Assembly: GCA_016182385.1 (NCBI GenBank)
Contig: JACPGV010000002.1
Location: 55,553 to 119,552, forward strand
DNA from: Candidatus Moraniibacteriota bacterium
GTDB taxonomy: Bacteria; Patescibacteriota; Minisyncoccia; Moranbacterales; UBA1568
Length of the DNA stretch: 64,000 nucleotides
Reading direction: 5' to 3'
Below are positions 53,810-62,883 of this stretch, one piece after another. The notes under the pieces were generated by a model that was not told the DNA's origin, did no database searches, and saw only the letters and a program-made list of their open reading frames with translations. The stretch's first letter is position 1. Each line of letters starts with the position of its first letter. The position numbers and the translations under genes were made by a program.

Positions 53810-55081
53810 ATGCGTGATATTTTTTTTCATATTTGGCGAGTCTCTGAATTGCGGAATAAAATCCTTTTTATTTTAGGATTGCTTGTCGTGTATCGTTTGG
53901 CGGCGAATATTCCTCTGCCGGGGGTGGACGTGCTTGCTCTCAAGCGTCTTTTTGAAGAAAATGCCTTTTTAGGTTTGTTGAATATTTTTTCCGGTGGTGG
54001 GCTTTCCAATATCTCCATTGTTCTTTTGGGTGTCGCCCCGTATATTACCGCTTCCATTATCATGCAACTTTTGACAACCATTGTCCCGAGTTTGGAGCGT
54101 CTCTACAAGGAAGAAGGAGAACAGGGTCGGCAAAAGTTTAATATGTGGACTCGCTGGTTGACGGTGCCGCTCGCGGCGCTGCAATCTTTCAGCATGTTGT
54201 CTTTGTTGCGTTCGCAAAATATTCTCGGAGAGGTTTCTCCTTTTAATATGACGGTGATTGTTATTAGTGCTACAGCGGGGACGGTTTTTCTTATGTGGCT
54301 TGGTGAGCTTATCACCGAAAAGGGATTGGGAAATGGTGTTTCCATGATTATTTTTGCTGGTATCGTTTCTGGTTTACCTACCGGCATTTCGCGTTTTGTT
54401 GCTACATGGGATCCATCGCAGATATTCACGTATCTTATTTTTGCGCTTTTGGCGATTGTTACTATTGCGGGCGTTATTTTTATTAATGAAGGTCAACGTA
54501 TTGTTCCGGTGGCGTACGCGAAACGTGTGCGAGGGGCACAGGTATATGGTGGCGCGGCGACGCATTTACCTCTCAAAATCAACCAGGCGGGAGTTATTCC
54601 TATTATTTTTGCCGTGTCACTTATTCTTATTCCGACGATGATAGCGAACTATTTTACGCAGAGCGCGAATGCTCAAATAGCGAGTATCGCTGTTTCGGCA
54701 AGCGCGTGGTTGCAAGACGCCTGGGTATATGGCATCATGTATTTTGTTCTTGTGGTATTGTTTACGTATTTCTATACGGCGGTCGTTTTTGATCCGGTAA
54801 AAATTTCTGAAAATTTGCAAAAGCAAGGAGGGTATGTTCCTGGTATTCGACCGGGTAATACGACGGCGGAATATCTGTATCATATTATCAATCGCATTAC
54901 ACTGGCTGGAGCGTTCTTTTTGGGTCTTATTGCTGTTTTGCCATTTATCGTTCAGGGGCTTACGGGTATTCAAGCGCTTTCTATCGGTGGCGTGAGTATC
55001 CTTATTGTCGTGTCGGTGGTTTTGGAGACGGTGAAGCATACACAGAGTCAGCTTATGATGCGTAGTTACGAGGCGTTTTAA
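53810..55081 (+). CDS. secY: Preprotein translocase SecY
   Basis: LGV.PYITASIIMQLL, WLGE.IT..G.GNG.S, GVIPIIFA, PGIRPG. Confidence 0.98.
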   Translation: MRDIFFHIWRVSELRNKILFILGLLVVYRLAANIPLPGVDVLALKRLFEENAFLGLLNIFSGGGLSNISIVLLGVAPYITASIIMQLLTTIVPSLERLYKEEGEQGRQKFNMWTRWLTVPLAALQSFSMLSLLRSQNILGEVSPFNMTVIVISATAGTVFLMWLGELITEKGLGNGVSMIIFAGIVSGLPTGISRFVATWDPSQIFTYLIFALLAIVTIAGVIFINEGQRIVPVAYAKRVRGAQVYGGAATHLPLKINQAGVIPIIFAVSLILIPTMIANYFTQSANAQIASIAVSASAWLQDAWVYGIMYFVLVVLFTYFYTAVVFDPVKISENLQKQGGYVPGIRPGNTTAEYLYHIINRITLAGAFFLGLIAVLPFIVQGLTGIQALSIGGVSILIVVSVVLETVKHTQSQLMMRSYEAF

Positions 55082-55097
55082 ATGTTTTTTTGACGAA

Positions 55098-55760
55098 ATG
55101 CATCACAAAGACACATATATCTTATTGGGATCGGCCGGGAGCGGTAAAAGCACGCAAGCAGAACTTTTAAAAAGTTCTCTGCATTTGGCGCATATTGATA
55201 TTGGTGCTGAGTTGCGGGCTGTCGCGGCACATGATTCCCCACTGGGCAGAAAGGTCAACGATGTTATTAACAATCGACATGAACTTTTGCCTGATGATAT
55301 TATTCACGATGTTCTGGAAAATGCTATCCGGGCTGTGCCGGCGACTGCCGGAGTGCTTATTGACGGCGCGCCTCGTCGAGAAAGTCAGATTCGCGACGTG
55401 CTTGCCGTTTTGAAAGAAACGGACCGAGAACTTAACAAGGTTATTTTTATTGATGTGCCGGAAGCGGTTTCTGTGGAACGAATTTCCAGGAGATATGCCT
55501 GTCAGAACTGCAAAAGGACATATATTCTTGGAAAAAACCTTATCGATAGCCACATGCCGTGCCGTTATTGTAAAGGGGTGATCACGCAACGACAGGATGA
55601 TACGGAAGAGGGAGTGCGTAAGCGTCATCAAGTGTTTCGAAATGATACTTTGCCGGTGATTGAATATTTCAAATCATCGGGACACTTGCTTGCCGTTGAT
55701 GGTAATCAAGAAACGTATAAAGTTTTTAAATATATATTGGAACATTTGCGACCTGAATAG
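55098..55760 (+). CDS. adk: Adenylate kinase / NMP kinase with Zn LID
   Basis: GSAGSGKST, DGAPR, CxxC...CxxC LID, QR.DD, and secY-adk-map synteny. Confidence 0.9.
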   Translation: MHHKDTYILLGSAGSGKSTQAELLKSSLHLAHIDIGAELRAVAAHDSPLGRKVNDVINNRHELLPDDIIHDVLENAIRAVPATAGVLIDGAPRRESQIRDVLAVLKETDRELNKVIFIDVPEAVSVERISRRYACQNCKRTYILGKNLIDSHMPCRYCKGVITQRQDDTEEGVRKRHQVFRNDTLPVIEYFKSSGHLLAVDGNQETYKVFKYILEHLRPE

Positions 55761-55778
55761 AAATGTTTTGTTGTCATC

Positions 55779-56552
55779 ATGAACGAATGGATAAAAACCG
55801 AAGAAGAGATTGGGCGAATGCGTCAATCGGGAAAACGTTTGGCTTTGGTTTTGGAAACAGTTATAGAGTCGGTTTGTCCGGGAATGACTACGCTTGCCGT
55901 TGATGTTTTGGCGGAGCGTCTCATTCGTGAACAAGGAGGAATCCCTATATTTAAAGGGTACGGAGGAGGTTCCGGGCGTCCTTTTCCGGCAACGGTATGC
56001 ACATCATTGAATAATGAGGTGGTGCATGGTATTCCCAATCAAGAAAGAGTGATTCGTGATGGCGATTTGCTTAAGCTTGATATTGGCATGCGATATGATG
56101 GAATGGTGACGGATATGGCAAGGACGGTAGCGGTGGGAACGATTTCTGATGAAGCAAAAAAACTTCTTCGCGTAACGGAAGAAAGTTTATCTTGTGGTAT
56201 ACAAACACTTTGCCCGGGAGGTCGCCTTTCCGTGTATGCTCGAGCCGTTCAGGAACACGTTGAGAAAAATGGTTTTTCGGTAGTGCGCGACCTCGTGGGA
56301 CATGGTGTCGGAAGAGAGCTTCATGAGGAGCCGCAGGTTCCCAATTATTATTCTTCTTCCTTTCGTGAGGTTGTTTTGAGAAAAGGCATGGCCCTTGCTC
56401 TTGAACCGATGGTCAATCTTGGTGGTTTTGCTGTTACCATAGCTCCTGATGATTGGACATTTGTGACAAAGGACGGAAGCTTGTCGGCACATTTTGAGGA
56501 TACGGTGGTTATAACGGAAAAGGGAGCGGAAATTGTGACGCGGCGTTTTTGA
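55779..56552 (+). CDS. map: Methionine aminopeptidase type I
   Basis: VVHGIP, D.G...DG...D.ART, GHGVG..LHEEP, ALEPM, AHFEDT. Confidence 0.97.
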   Translation: MNEWIKTEEEIGRMRQSGKRLALVLETVIESVCPGMTTLAVDVLAERLIREQGGIPIFKGYGGGSGRPFPATVCTSLNNEVVHGIPNQERVIRDGDLLKLDIGMRYDGMVTDMARTVAVGTISDEAKKLLRVTEESLSCGIQTLCPGGRLSVYARAVQEHVEKNGFSVVRDLVGHGVGRELHEEPQVPNYYSSSFREVVLRKGMALALEPMVNLGGFAVTIAPDDWTFVTKDGSLSAHFEDTVVITEKGAEIVTRRF

Positions 56553-56583
56553 TGATTGTGAGCCTATGTGTTTTGTGAAAAAT

Positions 56584-56997
56584 ATGTTTCAAGAAGCAAA
56601 AAAAAATTATTTAGGAATTGACTGGGGAGCATCTGATGTCGGTGTGGCACTGGCTCATGAGGAGACAGGAGTAGCTGTAGCATATGAAACGCTTCGGAAT
56701 GATAAAAATCTTTTAGAAAAATTGGGTGAGATTATCGCGCGCGAAGATATTGGAGTGGTAGTGATCGGTATTCCGTCTCATGTCAATCGTACGCAAGTGG
56801 AATATGCCGGAGAAAAACTCGGAAAAGCTTTGGGGGAGTTGTTTTTTGTGGAGGTCGTCTATCAAAACGAAATGTTTACGACAAAACTCGCTCAACAAAA
56901 TCTCATTCATCGTGGAGTGAAGCAAGTTTCTTTGCATGATGATGAAGAGGCGGCGAAACTTATTCTTGAAGGATGGTTGGAAAAACGAAGAAAATAA
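56584..56997 (+). CDS. ruvX: RuvX/YqgF pre-16S rRNA nuclease
   Basis: LGIDWG...VGVA, VVIG.P, NE.FTT, D..AA.LIL..WL. Confidence 0.88.
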   Translation: MFQEAKKNYLGIDWGASDVGVALAHEETGVAVAYETLRNDKNLLEKLGEIIAREDIGVVVIGIPSHVNRTQVEYAGEKLGKALGELFFVEVVYQNEMFTTKLAQQNLIHRGVKQVSLHDDEEAAKLILEGWLEKRRK

Positions 56998-57085
56998 TGA
57001 GAGAAGTAAAAGGGTATAAGGATACCCTTTTTGTTTGTTCGTGTTTGTGGTAAAATCAAAATGTAAATTATGAGTTTTTTACCGT

Positions 57086-57868
57086 ATGGAACAGCCGTTT
57101 CTTTCGGTTATCGTGCCCGCCTATAAGGAAGGTGATCGTATCGGGCGCAATCTTTTGGAGATCGACAAATATTTGAAGGGAAAGGATTATACGTATGAAA
57201 TCGTAGTGGTTGTTGACGGGTCACCGGATAACACCGCCGAGGTATCGCGTAATTATGCCCTACAAATTCCCCATTTGCGTGTTATTGATAACAAAGAAAA
57301 TCACGGGAAGGGGTATGTTGTTCGTCAAGGTTTGCTCGAGACGAATGGTAAATGGCGTCTTTTTTTGGATGCTGACGGATCAACGTCTATCACTCACTTG
57401 GAAACACTGGTTCCTTTGTTTGGTACCGGTTGCGATGTTTTTATTGGTTCGCGGAAGATAGACGGATCATTCATTCAAGTACATCAACCGAAGCATCGGG
57501 AAATTATGGGTGAGGGTGGCAACTGGCTCATTCGTATTGTATTGGGACTGTGGCGTTATCCGGATACGCAGTGTGGCTTCAAGGTTCTTTCGGACAAAGC
57601 AGCGAAAGCGATAGCAACACGCATGGTGGTAGATCGTTTCGGTTTTGATTTTGAACTTATTGTTCTTGCCATAAAGCTTGGTTTTACGGTAAAACAACTG
57701 CCGGTTCGTTGGATGAATGAGGAAGGGTCAACCGTCAAGTTGACTGGGCCAAACGGATTTATTCAGGTCTTGATCGATCTTTTTAAAACGAAGTGGCGTT
57801 TGCTTACCGGTGCTTATCATGTCAGGGAATATTATCAGGAGATAAAGGCACAGAAAGAAACTTCTTGA
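57086..57868 (+). CDS. GT2 glycosyltransferase (polyprenyl-phosphate hexosyltransferase/ALG5-like)
   Basis: SVIVPAY.E, DGS.D.T, N.GKG..VR.G, FLDADGS, DTQCGFK, FDFE. Confidence 0.92.
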   Translation: MEQPFLSVIVPAYKEGDRIGRNLLEIDKYLKGKDYTYEIVVVVDGSPDNTAEVSRNYALQIPHLRVIDNKENHGKGYVVRQGLLETNGKWRLFLDADGSTSITHLETLVPLFGTGCDVFIGSRKIDGSFIQVHQPKHREIMGEGGNWLIRIVLGLWRYPDTQCGFKVLSDKAAKAIATRMVVDRFGFDFELIVLAIKLGFTVKQLPVRWMNEEGSTVKLTGPNGFIQVLIDLFKTKWRLLTGAYHVREYYQEIKAQKETS

Positions 57869-57891
57869 ATTTTTCCTTTTCGTAAAAACAA

Positions 57892-58920
57892 ATGACAAAA
57901 GAATCTTTAGAAAAAACAAAACAGAACGCGGCATACGGATCAGAACTTCGTCAGGATATCGTGACGGGTGATTGGGTGGTTATCGCTACCGGTCGGGCGA
58001 AACGGCCCGATGAATTTGCTGAGTTTCAGCGTATCGCTCCTGATTATGCCAATGATCCTTTTGATAATCCCGAAGAGAGCGATCAGGAAAAGGATGTTCT
58101 TATTTATCGACGAGATGATCATGACTGGAGTTTGCGTGTATTTCCCAATAAGTACCCGGCCTTTTTGCGTGGTCGAGTGGCGCGAGAACTTTCTGATGGT
58201 CCCTATTATGCTCTGACGGGCGTCGGATATCATGAAGTGATTGTCACGCGTGACCCTCGCCGTTTTTTGGGACTGCTTGAGGTATGGCAGGTTGCCGAGG
58301 TGCTTGATGCCTATCAGGAGCGGTATTTGGCGCTTATGAATAAAAAAAGCGTTAACTACATTCAAATTTTTCATAATCACGGTAAAGAAGCGGGGGCGTC
58401 TATCGCTCATCCGCATTCTCAACTCATGGCGATCCCGGTTGTTTCCCCCTATATTGACTTGGAACTTTCCGGCGCGGAGCGTTATTACAAAAGCAACAAA
58501 CAAAATGTGTATACCGTAATGACGGAATATGAAAGTGAAACGAAAAAAAGAGTTATTTTTGAGAATGATCATTGTATCGCTTTTTGTCCTTTTGCTTCGC
58601 GAGCAGCATTTGAGGTCTGGGTGGTAGGGAAGCGACCGAATCCTTATTTTGAACGAATTACTGATGAAGAAAAATTTGCTGTCGCCGAGGTATTACAGAA
58701 AGCACTCTTTGCTATTCATGGTGGTTTGCAGGATCCACCCTTTAATTTTTATATCCATACGGCGCCTTGTGATGGTAAGGATTATCCTCATTATCAGTGG
58801 CATATTGAAATTTTGCCTCATACGGCTACGTGGGCCGGTTTTGAGCTTTCTACGGGTATAGAGATATCGACCATACAGCCGGAAGTGGCGGCGCAGCATT
58901 TACGCGCTCAAATTTCTTAA
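57892..58920 (+). CDS. galT: Galactose-1-phosphate uridylyltransferase-family protein (GalT/ADP-glucose phosphorylase-like)
   Basis: ELR.D..TG.WV.IA..R.KRP, NKYP, G.HEV.V, N.G..AGAS..HPHSQ, AGFE..TG. Confidence 0.88.
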   Translation: MTKESLEKTKQNAAYGSELRQDIVTGDWVVIATGRAKRPDEFAEFQRIAPDYANDPFDNPEESDQEKDVLIYRRDDHDWSLRVFPNKYPAFLRGRVARELSDGPYYALTGVGYHEVIVTRDPRRFLGLLEVWQVAEVLDAYQERYLALMNKKSVNYIQIFHNHGKEAGASIAHPHSQLMAIPVVSPYIDLELSGAERYYKSNKQNVYTVMTEYESETKKRVIFENDHCIAFCPFASRAAFEVWVVGKRPNPYFERITDEEKFAVAEVLQKALFAIHGGLQDPPFNFYIHTAPCDGKDYPHYQWHIEILPHTATWAGFELSTGIEISTIQPEVAAQHLRAQIS

Positions 58921-58933
58921 AGGAGATCAGATT

Positions 58934-59731
58934 ATGCAGAAGACATTTTATGTGGTGGGTAATTTGAAAATGAATATGTTGTCCTGTGATGAAGCGGGAC
59001 AATATCTTTCTGTTTTGAAGCGGGAAATGCGTGGAAGAGAGTTTTCTTTCACTCAAGGAGTTATTTGTCCGTCTTTTTTGTATCTTTCTCTTTTTGATCA
59101 TCTGCCAAGCGGACTGACAAAGGGCGCGCAAAATCTTTTTCCGGAAAAAAGCGGCGCGTATACAGGAGAGATTTCCCCGGTTATGTTGAAAAATGATGGC
59201 GTGACACATGTCATTCTTGGTCATAGTGAGCGGCGCTTGTACGCGGGTGAGACCGATGAAGATGTGCGAGAGAAGGTTTTGGCGGCTTTAAAATATCATT
59301 TGGTACCGGTTGTGTGTATCGGTGAAACGAAAGAAGAAAGAGCGCGAGAAGAAACAGAAGAAGTGCTTTTGCGTCAGGTGAAAGCTGTTTTTGATGGACT
59401 TTCCAAATTGCAGGCGGAAAGTATTATGATAGCGTATGAACCACGTTGGGCGATTGGAACGGATGTTTTGCCGACGACGAGTGAGATTCTTCAGGTACGG
59501 GTCTTCCTTCGTAAGTTTTTGACGGAAACTTTTGATGCTTCCGTCGCGGAACGGGTTGTTATTTTGTATGGGGGATCCGTTAAGAGTTCTTTTTTGCCTG
59601 CGATTTCCTGGGAAGCTCAAGTGGATGGGGTTTTGGTTGGGCGGGAGAGTTTGTTTCCTTATGAATTGGTAAAAATGATGGAAATGTTTGAGAATGAGGC
59701 AAAAAAAGAAAAAACAAAAAAGAGAATATGA
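58934..59731 (+). CDS. tpiA: Triosephosphate isomerase (divergent loops)
   Basis: GNLKMN, GAYTGEIS, LGHSERR, AYEP.WAIGT, LYGGSV. Confidence 0.93.
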   Translation: MQKTFYVVGNLKMNMLSCDEAGQYLSVLKREMRGREFSFTQGVICPSFLYLSLFDHLPSGLTKGAQNLFPEKSGAYTGEISPVMLKNDGVTHVILGHSERRLYAGETDEDVREKVLAALKYHLVPVVCIGETKEERAREETEEVLLRQVKAVFDGLSKLQAESIMIAYEPRWAIGTDVLPTTSEILQVRVFLRKFLTETFDASVAERVVILYGGSVKSSFLPAISWEAQVDGVLVGRESLFPYELVKMMEMFENEAKKEKTKKRI

Positions 59732-59802
59732 AACGGTTTTTCAGCGATGACGTGTCGCGGCGACATTGAGAAGATTTTAATTTTTGATTGTATCATGGTC
59801 TT

Positions 59803-60660
59803 ATGATTGCTAACGTTAAAGAAATGCTTTTGCAAGCCAAAGAGGGAGGGTATGCTGTCGGGGCGTTTAATACGGTTAATTTGGAAACAACGCGTGCTAT
59901 TGTTGAGGCCGCCAAAGAGCTCCGTTCCCCGGTTATTGTTCAGATGACGGAAAAGACATTTGATTATGCGGGTGGTCGGGCTATTTTTAATCTTGTGAAA
60001 AATATTGCTGAGTTTTACGCGAGTGATATTCCTATCGGTATTCATTTGGATCACGGAAAGAGCTTTGAGGTGGTTGAGCGAGCGATAGATATCGGTTTTA
60101 CGTCGGTGATGTATGATGGTTCGCGGAAGGAATATCCTGACAATTTGATGATGACGAAAAAAATTGTTGAGTTGGCTCACGCTCGCGGTATTGTCGTGCA
60201 AGCAGAACTTGGAAATGTTCCGTATCTTGGCGAGATGCAAATGGAAACAATCGAATGGGACAGGTATATGACCAATCCCGATCAAGCAAAACAATTCGTC
60301 GAGGAAACCGGTCTTGATACGCTCGCGGTAGCGATTGGGAATGCACACGGATTTTTTCGTGAAAGGAATGAGCCGGATTATGCTCGTTTGAGCGCTGTGG
60401 CATCTTTTGTGGACGTACCACTCGTTCTTCATGGGGCGTCGGATTGGAATAACGGTCGGGTAGGGGAAGTGGTGAAGCGCGGCATTTCTTGTTTTAATGT
60501 TGATACGGCGACAAGAATAGCCTTTATCGGAGGATTGCGTGAGGCGCTTGTTTCAGAAGAGGAGACGGATGTGCGTAAAGTACTGGGAAACGCCAAAGAA
60601 CACGTGAAAGAGGCGGTGAAAAATAAAATAACAGCCTTTGGAAGCGCGGGACGAATCTAA
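59803..60660 (+). CDS. fba: Class II fructose-bisphosphate aldolase
   Basis: AVGAFN, HLDHG, SVMYDGS, AELG, GNAHG, VLHGAS. Confidence 0.93.
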   Translation: MIANVKEMLLQAKEGGYAVGAFNTVNLETTRAIVEAAKELRSPVIVQMTEKTFDYAGGRAIFNLVKNIAEFYASDIPIGIHLDHGKSFEVVERAIDIGFTSVMYDGSRKEYPDNLMMTKKIVELAHARGIVVQAELGNVPYLGEMQMETIEWDRYMTNPDQAKQFVEETGLDTLAVAIGNAHGFFRERNEPDYARLSAVASFVDVPLVLHGASDWNNGRVGEVVKRGISCFNVDTATRIAFIGGLREALVSEEETDVRKVLGNAKEHVKEAVKNKITAFGSAGRI

Positions 60661-60680
60661 TTGTAATAAAGGAGAAATAT

Positions 60681-61685
60681 ATGGAAAAAAAACGTATTGC
60701 CATCAATGGTTTCGGTCGGATTGGTCGCGCGGCTTTTAAAATAGCCCTTGAAAAAAGTGACGTGGAAATTGTCGCTATTAATGATTTGACTGACGCTGAA
60801 ACACTTTCTCATTTGCTTCGTTATGATACGACGTATGGCAAGTATCGCACGGAGATTTCAGTGCGTGATAATGCGTTTGTTGTGCGTGAGCAAAAAATTC
60901 CGATATACGCTGAACCAGATCCAAAAAAATTACCATGGAAGGAGCACGCGGTTGATGTCGTATTGGAATGTACCGGACGCTTTACTGAGAGTTCTACAGC
61001 CAAACAACATATTGAGGCGGGAGCGAAAAAGGTTATTCTTTCGGCACCATCCAAGGGGGATGACGGCTCTGTTCCGACGTTTCTTATTGGTGTCAATGAT
61101 ACGCAGTATACTTCGGAGACGATTCTTTCCAATGCTTCTTGCACAACAAATTGTTTGGCGCCGGTAGCCAAGGCCCTGCACGCGGCTTTTGGAATAAAGA
61201 AAGCCATGATGACAACGGTGCACTCCTATACGGCTGATCAAAATCTTCAAGATGGTCCGCATAAGGATTGGCGGAGAGCGCGAGCGGCGGCACACAATAT
61301 CGTGCCAACCACTACCGGCGCGGCTATTTCTGTTACTCAGGTTATGCCTGAGCTGAAAGGATTGTTCGATGGTTTGGCGGTGCGTGTGCCTACGATTGTT
61401 GTTTCTCTCACGGATTTCACATTTCTTCTTGGGAAAAAGACAACAAAGGAAGAAATAAACGAAGCGTTACGAAAGGCGTCTCTTGATCCGTCCTACCAGA
61501 ACGTTCTTGCCGTGACCGAAGAATTGCTCGTTTCGTCTGATTTTATCGGGAACCCACACTCAGTCATTGTTGATTTGTCTCTTACGAAAGTTGTGGATGG
61601 AGATTTTGTCAAAGTCGTGGCGTGGTATGATAATGAATGGGGATACGCGAATCGGCTGGTGGAGATGGCACAAAAAATAATATAA
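60681..61685 (+). CDS. gap: Glyceraldehyde-3-phosphate dehydrogenase type I
   Basis: INGFGRIGR, SNASCTTNCL, WYDNEWGY. SD AAGGAG upstream. Confidence 0.98.
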   Translation: MEKKRIAINGFGRIGRAAFKIALEKSDVEIVAINDLTDAETLSHLLRYDTTYGKYRTEISVRDNAFVVREQKIPIYAEPDPKKLPWKEHAVDVVLECTGRFTESSTAKQHIEAGAKKVILSAPSKGDDGSVPTFLIGVNDTQYTSETILSNASCTTNCLAPVAKALHAAFGIKKAMMTTVHSYTADQNLQDGPHKDWRRARAAAHNIVPTTTGAAISVTQVMPELKGLFDGLAVRVPTIVVSLTDFTFLLGKKTTKEEINEALRKASLDPSYQNVLAVTEELLVSSDFIGNPHSVIVDLSLTKVVDGDFVKVVAWYDNEWGYANRLVEMAQKII

Positions 61686-61692
61686 AGTTTTT

Positions 61693-62862
61693 ATGGTTAA
61701 AGAAAAAGTAATGTCTGGAACTCCTACAATAGAAGAGTATGCCGCTCGTTTGGCAGAAATTGCCCAAATGTCTTTGGGAGCGCTTTCCGATGAGGAGACA
61801 CTCGCGCTTTTGGCCGAACGCCAACAGCTTGAGAAAACTCTTACGGCAGAAAAAGCGCGAAAAGAAGAAGCTCGTCTTTTGGCAGAGCAGGCGGCTTTGG
61901 AAGCAGAAAGAAAACAAAAGGAAGAAGAACAAAAAAACAAAGAAACAGCGTTGCTTGCCGAATTAGAAACACTGAATGCCTCCATTACCCCAAAACAATC
62001 AAGTAATGAGTTACTCGCGCTTGTTGCCAAACGACAAGAGATAGAAGAGGCGCTCGCAAAGTTACGTGAAGAATCTTTATCTGCTTCTTCTCAAGTGGCG
62101 CCGGTTCCGAAGTCGGCAAAAAATGAGAAGATTGTTTTGATGGGAAAACCGGCCAATGAGGAAAATGTATCGACCGAGGAAAATGTATCGACGACCAAAA
62201 TAGAACAAAAAGACACGGTACCCACACAAGAAACGCCGTCGAACGAGAACGCGGAAACACCCGAACCAAGACTAGAAGCAAAGAGCGATGACTCTTCGTT
62301 TAAGGCGGGATTGCGGGAGGAGACTGGAAGTGAGGGTATCGCGGAGGATCCTTTTCGAGAAGGAAGTGAATTGGCAAGATATCTTGATCAGTTGAAAAAT
62401 AATACCGGCTCTTTGGGGACACTTCTTCAAGAAATGCCGAAAAAAGCCGTGGAGAGCAAGGCTTTTATGTTGAAAGTGGCGGAGATTGATCCGGCATACG
62501 CGATGCATTATGCTCATGAATCTTTGAAAAAGGATGAGGATTTCAATGTGCGTATTGCCTCTATGAATAATCCGCGAAATTCCGGTAACGCCCTGGCGGA
62601 AATGTTGCCTGAAATGAGAACTTCCCGTGTGGTATTGGCCGCGGTGAAACAGGATTATCGTAATATTCGTTTTATTCGACCAGAGATGGAAGAATATGAT
62701 GAAATTATCCGTTTGGCCAAAGTAAGTGTATTGGAGCGAGCAAAAGAGCTGAAAGAAAGCGCGGACGTTTCTGTTTTGGTGCCAAAAATATTGCAACAGG
62801 ACACGATGTTTATGCAGGAGGTGGAAGCGGCACATTCTTCCACTCAGAAAAAATCGGCATAA
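61693..62862 (+). CDS. Coiled-coil protein with C-terminal helical repeats (DUF4116-like)
   Basis: Charged coiled coil, low-complexity linker, then YA..SLK.DEDF and VVLAAVKQD...IRF repeats. Confidence 0.65.
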   Translation: MVKEKVMSGTPTIEEYAARLAEIAQMSLGALSDEETLALLAERQQLEKTLTAEKARKEEARLLAEQAALEAERKQKEEEQKNKETALLAELETLNASITPKQSSNELLALVAKRQEIEEALAKLREESLSASSQVAPVPKSAKNEKIVLMGKPANEENVSTEENVSTTKIEQKDTVPTQETPSNENAETPEPRLEAKSDDSSFKAGLREETGSEGIAEDPFREGSELARYLDQLKNNTGSLGTLLQEMPKKAVESKAFMLKVAEIDPAYAMHYAHESLKKDEDFNVRIASMNNPRNSGNALAEMLPEMRTSRVVLAAVKQDYRNIRFIRPEMEEYDEIIRLAKVSVLERAKELKESADVSVLVPKILQQDTMFMQEVEAAHSSTQKKSA

Positions 62863-62883
62863 TTTTTTTGGTATTTGTTTTTC

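Noticed and set aside
62158-62193. 18-bp tandem duplication (EENVST x2)
   Set aside because: In-frame slippage in a low-complexity linker, with no wider pattern.
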